A program made the translations under genes and the position numbers. The notes beneath the pieces were generated by a model. That model searched no databases. It had not been told where the DNA came from and was given only the letters and a program-made list of their open reading frames with translations. Shown here in pieces: positions 24,953 through 32,350 of a stretch of DNA of 37,934 bases (position 1 is its first letter; every line of letters starts with the position of its first letter). The stretch comes from a virus (taxonomy: Duplodnaviria > Caudoviricetes). The stretch is from positions 1 through 37,934 of the IMG/VR virus record IMGVR_UViG_3300033067_000657. The stretch is one strand, 5' to 3'.

Positions 24953-25795
24953 ATGGCAGCTTCTGTCAACCAAGCAAAGATCGTTATCCCGACTGGATTT
25001 GAGAGCCAGCAAAGACAACTGGAAAGAAAGCAGGCGATCGCGCAAGCATTGCTGGAGAAGGGGCTTGCCGGGCCTGGAAATAATGCAACGAGCTGGGTGC
25101 AGCCACTGGCGAGTGTTGTTCAGGCATTGGCTGGGCGGCATTTGCAGGATCGGACGGACAAGCAGCAGGGGATGCTGGACACGCAGATTAAAGACCAATA
25201 TACGGGCAAAGTTGGGGAATTTAATACAAAGGTTTTGCAAGCTGGAGATGACATTAATGCTCTTTTCAGCTTAGCTATGGAAGCCCAAAAAGACCCAATG
25301 CTGGCAGACCTTGCCAAGCCGATTATGGAAAGGGCTATTGCTGCACAGAAGGGTGGGGATTCTCCGACTGATTGGGGGCCGTATCGTGTAACGAACAGGG
25401 AGGCTATGACACTAGGCCAGAAGCCTAACGATCCAAATAGCCATATGCTGAGAACTCCTTCAGGAGATGCGGTGATTAATCAGGCGGAACTCACGAGGGC
25501 TTTGCTGGCGCAGAATATGGTGCCGAGTGGCGCGCCGCAGATGACAATGCAAGACCCTCTGGGGAGTCCAGAAGGTAGACTTTCCGCTTTGAGGGCTTCT
25601 CAAGATGCTGGGGGCGCGCCGATACCGCCTCCGCCGAATATGACTGGAGCAGAGCTTCCGGCCCTGCCGCCGAGTCCTCCACAAAACTTCACTCCCCCAC
25701 GTGGGCAGATTCAAGACCATCGCGTTGATCCTGTAACTGGCAAGCACATTTATCAGATCAATGGCCAGTGGTATGACAATCCGGAGGGCCGTTAG
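24953..25795 (+). CDS. Internal virion/ejection protein (280 aa)
   Basis: Helical N-terminus, Pro-rich C-terminus; position in the ejection-protein block. Confidence 0.7.
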   Translation: MAASVNQAKIVIPTGFESQQRQLERKQAIAQALLEKGLAGPGNNATSWVQPLASVVQALAGRHLQDRTDKQQGMLDTQIKDQYTGKVGEFNTKVLQAGDDINALFSLAMEAQKDPMLADLAKPIMERAIAAQKGGDSPTDWGPYRVTNREAMTLGQKPNDPNSHMLRTPSGDAVINQAELTRALLAQNMVPSGAPQMTMQDPLGSPEGRLSALRASQDAGGAPIPPPPNMTGAELPALPPSPPQNFTPPRGQIQDHRVDPVTGKHIYQINGQWYDNPEGR

Positions 25796-28432
25796 ATGCC
25801 GCCTGTTGATCCTTCAATTATTAAGCGTTCAGTCCCTGCTGGGGGACAGCAAGCTCCTATTGTCTGGACTAATCCCCGGCAAGAGCGGGCGACTGAGCAG
25901 AGTATTGCCAATGGGCAGAATACCATTGCTGTAGAGGCTGAAAGACTGCGGCTGGCTCAGCAGGCTAATGAAAGAGAGGCGCGGAGGCAGGAACAGCAAC
26001 AGCATGATCGCGAACTCTCCGGAGGTTTTGAGTCTAAGTCAGAGCAGGACCGGGCGGCTTTCCATGCGAGTAATATTCTCCGGAAGTCTTTAATCATCAG
26101 GAATACTCTTGCGCGCCATCCAGATGCAATTGGGCCTGGACTTGCGGAAGCTGTCGCAGGAACTGTTGGCGAAGCCCCTCGGAGACTGGTTACAAAAGAC
26201 ACCGGCCGTCAGTCTTTGGTCAATGCTTATAGAAGCATCGTGGAATCTTTGATTTATCTGGATACAGGAGCCGCTGCTTCAGAGGAGCAGATTAGAAATT
26301 TGACTGGAGAGATTGTTCCTGCCTATGGTGATGATCAAGATGCACTGATTAACAAAGCACTGAGTCTGCAAGGCAGATTGGACGATGCAAAGATGTGGTC
26401 TGGCCCAGCTGGACAGCGAGTTGGTGTGCCGTTGGCCCCTGCAATCAAGGACAATCTGACACAGAATCTGGACGTTCGGACAATCTACGCTCTTCCTCCG
26501 ACGATTAATCTCGATGACTATAACGGGAAGACTCCGGAGCAGAAGCAGCTTTCAACAGAAACAAAGCAAATTCCGATTCCGCCTGAGATGCAGAAGGATT
26601 ATCGGGAGGCGATTGCTGCCAAAGGAGGTTTGCAGAACTTCACCCCAGAGGAGTATGCCGATCTTCGCACGAGGTTGGATCAGAAGTATTTCGTCAATGC
26701 TGAGGCTATGAGCCCGGAGACTGCGAAAGAGTTTCTCGAAAGCAGGAAGAGTATTCCTAATGCTGACCCAGGGAATATTCCACCGATAGAGGCTCCGCTG
26801 TCGAAGGGGGTGTTGAATGGTGGGGATTTCACAACTGGGGGGTTGATCGGGGATAAAGGCGCGGCGGTTATTTCTTCCAGTGGGCCAGGAGTGGCTGGGA
26901 TGAATGCCGCCAATGCTGGGTTGCTAGGCTTTCCAGAAAAGTTTAACAAAGAAGCCTTTGATATGACCAGGGAGGTGCACCCTAACTGGGCGGTTGCCGG
27001 GGATATGGCCGGGGCGGTTATGCCTATCACAGCGGCGGAGAGCGGCGCGGGGGCGCTTGCTAGGAAGCTTGGTGGCGCGGCGGGGATGGGAACGGAGTTG
27101 GCGGCAAACGCCGGTTATGGTGCCGTTAGAGGGGCAAATAGTGCCGAAGACGGGCAAGCTCTTACACAAGCGGGCATAGGGGCTCTAACCGGGGGAGCGG
27201 GTGCCCTAGGCGGGCGGTTCCTTACCAAAGGCTCTGGCGGATTTGTCTCTCCACAAACCCAAGCAGCTTTAGATCAACTCCGGGAAATTGGGGCTGATCC
27301 CACAACTCTTCAAAGAGCCGGGCTTGGAAAGTTTGAAGAGACTTTCCGCTCACTGCCATTTGTCCGGGGAGCTTTGGACAAGGCTGAGCATTCAGTTATC
27401 CGGGGGAACACCGAGCAAGCTTTGCGGCATCTGGATGGGGTGAGTGAGATACTGGCCAAGAATACTCCGGAGGGAGTAGGGCCAGCTCCGGAGCTGCCGA
27501 CGACATTACCAAAGCACCTGGAGACAGGATTTGAGACTAATACTCTGTTGAAGGATACTTTCAGTGGAGAAGGTGGGGCTTATGACTCTCTCTGGAAAAG
27601 GGTAGGCGGAGCGCCAACGAAGGGATTTGCCGAAGGGATTTCAGCATTAAAACTTGAAGCTTCTATATCTCCTGGAATTGCCAAAGCCTTCCGCGAAGAC
27701 CTTCAGCCTTTGGTGGTTGGTCTGCTGAATAAAACCGGCACTTACGATGGGACTACTGTCCAAGACACCCTTCTCCAGCTCGGAAAGCTGAAGAGGGACT
27801 ATCTCGCTATGGCAGATGCCGCAACTAACGGTAAGCCTTCGGATAATCGGGCAATCGCCGCGATGGCGGATAAGCTTTCTAAGCAGATCAAGTCAATGGT
27901 TAGCGAGAATCAACCAGACCTTGGCACGGCCCTGACAAAGATTGATACTGGGTATCGGCAGATGAAAACTGTCTTTGATGCAAGTGTGCGGGGGAGAGCA
28001 ACTGAAGGCGTGCCTTCTCTTGGGCAGACATTATCGTCTGTTGTAAAGAAAGATGGCAGTGTTGACCACGATGCTGTGGCGACAAATCAGGCATTTGGGC
28101 AGAAGCCCATCACCGCTGCCACAAGAGTCATGGGGTCGAAGTCTGTTCCAGAGACAGTGAGCCCTTGGCAGACTGGAACAGCTTTGGGGATTGGCGGGAT
28201 TAGTGCTGTTAAAGCTCCTGCTGTGCTGCCAATTGCGGCGGCGCTAGGGACAGCTCTTTATACCCCAGGGGTTAAGCGGATTACTCAAGCCTTGCTTTCG
28301 CATGATGTGCCGGAAGCTGTTATGAAGCATATCCCACCACAAGTGCAGAAGGTTGTCAGTAGTCTCCTCGCTGATCCGAAAACTCAGGCCGCCATCTCCG
28401 ACTATGTGCGGCAAAAGCTCGAAGGACAATAG
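25796..28432 (+). CDS. Large internal virion/DNA-injection protein (878 aa)
   Basis: Gly/Ala-rich amphipathic segments; size and position typical of podovirus ejection proteins. Confidence 0.75.
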   Translation: MPPVDPSIIKRSVPAGGQQAPIVWTNPRQERATEQSIANGQNTIAVEAERLRLAQQANEREARRQEQQQHDRELSGGFESKSEQDRAAFHASNILRKSLIIRNTLARHPDAIGPGLAEAVAGTVGEAPRRLVTKDTGRQSLVNAYRSIVESLIYLDTGAAASEEQIRNLTGEIVPAYGDDQDALINKALSLQGRLDDAKMWSGPAGQRVGVPLAPAIKDNLTQNLDVRTIYALPPTINLDDYNGKTPEQKQLSTETKQIPIPPEMQKDYREAIAAKGGLQNFTPEEYADLRTRLDQKYFVNAEAMSPETAKEFLESRKSIPNADPGNIPPIEAPLSKGVLNGGDFTTGGLIGDKGAAVISSSGPGVAGMNAANAGLLGFPEKFNKEAFDMTREVHPNWAVAGDMAGAVMPITAAESGAGALARKLGGAAGMGTELAANAGYGAVRGANSAEDGQALTQAGIGALTGGAGALGGRFLTKGSGGFVSPQTQAALDQLREIGADPTTLQRAGLGKFEETFRSLPFVRGALDKAEHSVIRGNTEQALRHLDGVSEILAKNTPEGVGPAPELPTTLPKHLETGFETNTLLKDTFSGEGGAYDSLWKRVGGAPTKGFAEGISALKLEASISPGIAKAFREDLQPLVVGLLNKTGTYDGTTVQDTLLQLGKLKRDYLAMADAATNGKPSDNRAIAAMADKLSKQIKSMVSENQPDLGTALTKIDTGYRQMKTVFDASVRGRATEGVPSLGQTLSSVVKKDGSVDHDAVATNQAFGQKPITAATRVMGSKSVPETVSPWQTGTALGIGGISAVKAPAVLPIAAALGTALYTPGVKRITQALLSHDVPEAVMKHIPPQVQKVVSSLLADPKTQAAISDYVRQKLEGQ

Positions 28433-28435
28433 ACA

Positions 28436-29662
28436 ATGCCTTTTGATGGTTCAGGTAACTTCACCCCAAGTGCCGCTCCGAACTTTCCTGCTGTTGGTGG
28501 GACGGTTATCAGTCCGACTTATTACAACACAGTCATTAATGATATTGCGACCGGGTTAAGTAACTGCTTGACCAGAGACGGCCAGGGTAAGCCCTCCTCT
28601 GCTATTGACTGGAATGCCAAGAATCTCACTAATGTTGGGGCATTATCGGCAAGCTCTCTGACACTAAGTTCTGCGCTGGGCGTGGCCTATGGAGGCCTTG
28701 GAGGAGTAACTGTTCCCACTAATGGCTATGTGCCAATAGGAAGTGGAGGAGTCTACACTCCAGCGGCTATTACTGGCAGTGGGGGCATTACGATCACCCT
28801 CGGGGCAGGGACTATTGATGTTTCTTCAAGTGGGTTGCTGCCAAAAGCTGGCGGAACTATGACGGGGAAATTGAATGCTTTAGCTTCAGCAGCAGTAGCT
28901 GGTGCAGGCTTTAACCTCGGCAGTGGCGTCGCGCCGAATAGCCCTACTGATGGGGATATGTGGATCACAACAACTGGCCTTTACGCAAGGGTAAATGGGA
29001 CAACTCAGGGACCCTTTTTTAACAGCACTGGGTTTACTTTGACAGGCCAGGCAGTTTTTGCTGCTAACTCCACAAGCCTTGTGCCGATTAAAATGCAGTC
29101 AGGCAGTCTCGCAACCACTCCTGTTAGTGGAGGGCTGGAATACAATGGCCGAGTATTTACAAAGAGCTTCTCTACTACAGATAGACTGCTTGATGAAACA
29201 GCTATGTGTTTTACCCAATCTGGCATACCGGCTGTTAGTGGGGGAAAGGTCTTTTCGAGTCTGGCGAATGGTGCAATAACACTGCCTGTAGGGAACTATA
29301 TTCTCGAATGTGGATTTAGCTTCGTAGGACTGTCCGGGGGGAACACTTTAACAATAAACTTCGACGGGACTGCAGTCGGAAATGTCAATGGAAATTATTA
29401 TCTCTCAAAAGGCAGTGCTGTAGAGGTTGGGGTATTTAATGGAGCTAGTATTGCCGGCTCAGCTACAGCTACCACCGCAGGAACTGCTGGCACAACAGGC
29501 TCTTTTAGCTGTAGATTGTATCTTGTAGTTACAACAGCCGGAACACTGATTCCTAAAGTCTCTGTTAGTGGAGGTGGTCTTGCTTCTAATTATGGCAGTT
29601 TCATGTTTGTAGTCCCCTTAACTTCTGGAGCCGGGGACGCGAATTTTGGTAATTGGTCCTAG
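28436..29662 (+). CDS. Tail fibre/spike protein
   Basis: MPFDGSG.F...N...NDIATGLSNCLTRDGQ anchor; LPKAGGTMTGKL fibre motif; G/S/T-rich. Confidence 0.85.
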   Translation: MPFDGSGNFTPSAAPNFPAVGGTVISPTYYNTVINDIATGLSNCLTRDGQGKPSSAIDWNAKNLTNVGALSASSLTLSSALGVAYGGLGGVTVPTNGYVPIGSGGVYTPAAITGSGGITITLGAGTIDVSSSGLLPKAGGTMTGKLNALASAAVAGAGFNLGSGVAPNSPTDGDMWITTTGLYARVNGTTQGPFFNSTGFTLTGQAVFAANSTSLVPIKMQSGSLATTPVSGGLEYNGRVFTKSFSTTDRLLDETAMCFTQSGIPAVSGGKVFSSLANGAITLPVGNYILECGFSFVGLSGGNTLTINFDGTAVGNVNGNYYLSKGSAVEVGVFNGASIAGSATATTAGTAGTTGSFSCRLYLVVTTAGTLIPKVSVSGGGLASNYGSFMFVVPLTSGAGDANFGNWS

Positions 29663-29671
29663 GGGGTAGTA

Positions 29672-29920
29672 ATGGCAACAAATGAACAAATTTTAACAGA
29701 ACTTCGAGCCGTTCATTCTGAGCTAATTGACCATAAGAAGTCGACAGAGCCCTTGATCCAAATAGCTCCAGATTTGAAATCTATGGCTGAGCTTTACCAC
29801 GCTGGAAAGGTTGGAGGCTCTGCTGTGAAGTGGGTGGTTACACTAGGAACAGGGATTATCGCTCTGATTGCTTTGGTAAAGGTGGCCTTGGGGGGAATAG
29901 TTCACTGGGTGAGTCCATAG
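29672..29920 (+). CDS. Holin-like single-TM protein (82 aa)
   Basis: C-terminal hydrophobic helix; directly upstream of the endolysin. Confidence 0.6.
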   Translation: MATNEQILTELRAVHSELIDHKKSTEPLIQIAPDLKSMAELYHAGKVGGSAVKWVVTLGTGIIALIALVKVALGGIVHWVSP

Positions 29921-29931
29921 GAGGTTGGCTA

Positions 29932-30345
29932 ATGGCAGATAGATCGCTGAATGATTTGTCCCCGAAGGCTGCCGAAGCCGCACGCGCGGCCCTTTCGGAG
30001 TGTGGGCTGAAAGGGTTGACTGTTCTTATCACCTGCACGTATCGGAGTGGAGCAGAGCAAGATGCGCTATATGCGCAAGGACGGACAAAGCCTGGCGCGA
30101 AGGTGACGAATGCGAAGGCTGGGCAGAGCTTCCACCAATATCGTTGTGCGCTCGACCTTGTGCCGATTGTGAATGGAAAGCCGGAGTGGACTGGGCGCGA
30201 TCCTGCTTGGCATAAGATTGCAGAGATTTTCAAAAGTCACGGTTTTGAATGGGGATATGACTGGCCCCGGTTCAAAGAAATGCCCCACTTTCAGATGACA
30301 GGGGGGCATCCACTAAGCTACTTCCAGAATGGGGGAGAGCTTTAA
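29932..30345 (+). CDS. Endolysin, M15 L-Ala-D-Glu peptidase type
   Basis: YRS..EQDALYAQGRT, S.HQY..ALD, EMPHFQ; GGAGG RBS. Confidence 0.93.
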   Translation: MADRSLNDLSPKAAEAARAALSECGLKGLTVLITCTYRSGAEQDALYAQGRTKPGAKVTNAKAGQSFHQYRCALDLVPIVNGKPEWTGRDPAWHKIAEIFKSHGFEWGYDWPRFKEMPHFQMTGGHPLSYFQNGGEL

Positions 30346-30365
30346 TGTTGATGGAAGGACTTGAA

Positions 30366-30518
30366 ATGTTATCAGGTAAGAAGACTTATATCATCGCGTT
30401 TGTTGGCGCGGCGGTTTCTCTGGCCCAGGCCTATGGAGTGGAGATTCCCCCGGTGGTTCTGCAGGTTCTTGGTTTCATTGGAGTGGCGACTCTCCGCTCT
30501 GGTATCGCAAAGGTTTGA
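30366..30518 (+). CDS. Small two-helix membrane protein, probable holin (50 aa), absent from the ORF track
   Basis: AAGGA RBS; MLSGKKTYIIAFVGAAVSLAQAYGVEIPPVVLQVLGFIGVATLRSGIAKV; extra in-frame ATGs at 30345 and 30351. Confidence 0.75.
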   Translation: MLSGKKTYIIAFVGAAVSLAQAYGVEIPPVVLQVLGFIGVATLRSGIAKV

Positions 30519-30522
30519 TGAA

Positions 30523-30714
30523 ATGCCACAGGCTTTGAAAGATGTAGTCCTCAAGCACGAGCGGGAGATTGCCGCTTTGAAAGCCCAAGTGGCACAGATA
30601 CTTGCGACACCGACAGCTGCGGCATTGACGATGGATCAAGTCAATGCCGCAGCTAAGTCGGCGCTGGAAAGGATCACGGCAATTGAGGCTGCGATGGTTG
30701 TGCCTGATGCTTAA
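30523..30714 (+). CDS. Small coiled-coil protein (63 aa)
   Basis: MPQALKDVVLKHEREIAALKAQV...; true start is probably ATG 30523 rather than the ORF-track start. Confidence 0.65.
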   Translation: MPQALKDVVLKHEREIAALKAQVAQILATPTAAALTMDQVNAAAKSALERITAIEAAMVVPDA

Positions 30715-30725
30715 TGGGTGAAAAT

Positions 30726-30755
30726 GGGAATTTTTTAGATTTTGAAATTATGCCT
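30726..30755. promoter_or_regulatory. 30-bp palindromic operator-like site, copy 6
   Basis: GGGAATTTTTT-agattttg-AAATTATGCCT filling the convergent gap between the two genome arms. Confidence 0.65.
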
Positions 30756-31971
30756 ATTCACTCTTCCCCGGACTGTCAGTCCCTGGAAACAACCACATTT
30801 CATTCGTGCCGACTTTCTGCTTGAGGATTAGGTAGCCACTGCGCACAGCGCCGGTTATGATGGCTTCAAAGTCCTGGATTTTCGGAAAGTGTGCATGGAC
30901 AAAGCGATAGGCTTCGTTATAGGGGCAGCCATCGCGTTTCTGGACATAGTATATCAGTCGCTCAGCGTAGAGACTGTCCTCGGATTTACCGATCTTTGAA
31001 AAGACGAACTGCATGTCAGGTTCGAGGTCCGTCACCATTTGATTGGCGAGGGCAAGGTGTTCGGCAGTGATGATCATCCGATCGGACTCGGCCGCAGCAA
31101 GGATCATAGCGAGTTTGTGGATGTGGGTCTGCTTGCGCGCGAGATAGCCACCGAAGCGATCATCGTCCATATGGACGTGTTTTGCGAGGCTGTGGGTTTC
31201 ATACCAAGCTTCCCCCCAGGCATCAGCGGATTTATCGAGCTTGTATTCCCCTACGAGAGTGGAGATTGCCGCAAGGTCTTCCGCGAGGCACTGGGCCATG
31301 ACTTTGAAGTTATGCGGAATGTGCTTGTGGGGATAGGCGACTAGCTTTGATTTCTTCTCTGCATAGACGAAGATGCACCGCGAGGTAAACCCTCCCCCGA
31401 TCATATATTCCGGGAAATTACCAGCAATCCAACTAGGGGTAGTGCAAGCGATAAGATTGATCCAGGGATTTTCCACCACGTCGCAGCCACTGCCTTTAGT
31501 TGTTTTCGTGAACGCGCCCTGCTTTCCGTCCCAAAGTGATACAAGTAGATCGACCATCTGCGTGTCTCTAGGGTCCAGCAAGTTCCCGAACTCAGAACTT
31601 TCAATCGTGAGCGCTGACATCGCATGAAATTCTCCTTCGTAGTCGAATGTCATTGTGGCTTCAGCAAAGCCGGTGACTAGGGCTTGCCAGGTTACAACAT
31701 CTGGTCCGAATTTGATGTCGGGGACTTTGCGGAGTAAGGACATTCCGATGGAAGCCGTTGTTGATTTAGATACAACTCCAGGAGGCGCGACCAAGATAAT
31801 GTAAAAATTGGGAAACCACTTAAAGTGTGCCATGTCAATCCAGACACGTCGACGGAGGGCTCCGGCTATTGTTGAGACACTGGTCCAGAAATGCATATGA
31901 CGAGGAGCCTCACTGGCCTCTGAATATTCTAGAAAAGCTTTTATCCAATTACTATAGTGGCGTTTTCGCAT
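30754..31971 (-). CDS. DUF3987/YfjI-type P-loop protein, probable replicative helicase
   Basis: PNFYIILVAPPGVVSKST (variant Walker A), SSEFG, LWDG, GGFTSRCIFVY. Confidence 0.85.
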   Translation of the reverse strand: MRKRHYSNWIKAFLEYSEASEAPRHMHFWTSVSTIAGALRRRVWIDMAHFKWFPNFYIILVAPPGVVSKSTTASIGMSLLRKVPDIKFGPDVVTWQALVTGFAEATMTFDYEGEFHAMSALTIESSEFGNLLDPRDTQMVDLLVSLWDGKQGAFTKTTKGSGCDVVENPWINLIACTTPSWIAGNFPEYMIGGGFTSRCIFVYAEKKSKLVAYPHKHIPHNFKVMAQCLAEDLAAISTLVGEYKLDKSADAWGEAWYETHSLAKHVHMDDDRFGGYLARKQTHIHKLAMILAAAESDRMIITAEHLALANQMVTDLEPDMQFVFSKIGKSEDSLYAERLIYYVQKRDGCPYNEAYRFVHAHFPKIQDFEAIITGAVRSGYLILKQKVGTNEMWLFPGTDSPGKSE

Positions 31972-32350
31972 TTCGCACCTTATAGGCTGCCGCAGAAACT
32001 GCGCTAAGGGATACATTGAAGAGTTTAGCTAGTTCTTTATAGGGAACGCCCTCTTCTCGCAGTTTCATTAGCAAAGCATAATCTATTCTCCTTGGCTTAT
32101 TGTTAAGTTCTTTGCGAACAAGTTCTGTGTTAAAGGGACTATAATCCCCGTCATTGTCGAGCCTGTCTAGTGACATTCCCAGCTCCCAAGTCTCTAGTAG
32201 AGAGTCCTTGAAAGTTTGGTAATCATGCCAACCTTCCCAGACTTTAATACCTCGCCCGCCATAGCGATGATAAGAGTGGTAAGTAGGATCATAGCAACGT
32301 CTGTGCATGTTGCGGAAGAGGTCATAAAATCTGTTTTGCTTACTTCTCAT
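31952..32350 (-). CDS. Free-standing HNH-type homing endonuclease with C-terminal HTH
   Basis: M..RCY, YGGRGIKV...W, SLDRLDNDGDYSP.N; HTH YKELAKLFNVSLSAVS; ATGA overlap with the pol stop. Confidence 0.85.
   Translation of the reverse strand: MRSKQNRFYDLFRNMHRRCYDPTYHSYHRYGGRGIKVWEGWHDYQTFKDSLLETWELGMSLDRLDNDGDYSPFNTELVRKELNNKPRRIDYALLMKLREEGVPYKELAKLFNVSLSAVSAAAYKVRNAKTPL

Noticed and set aside
30361-30522. N-terminal half of the 117-aa track ORF as a spanin
   Set aside because: The region is better explained by the 50-aa membrane ORF in another frame; no lipobox.
31952-32350. HNH gene as part of a group I intron or intein in polA
   Set aside because: polA is complete with motif C and a normal C-terminus before the HNH start, and there is no room for intron core structure.
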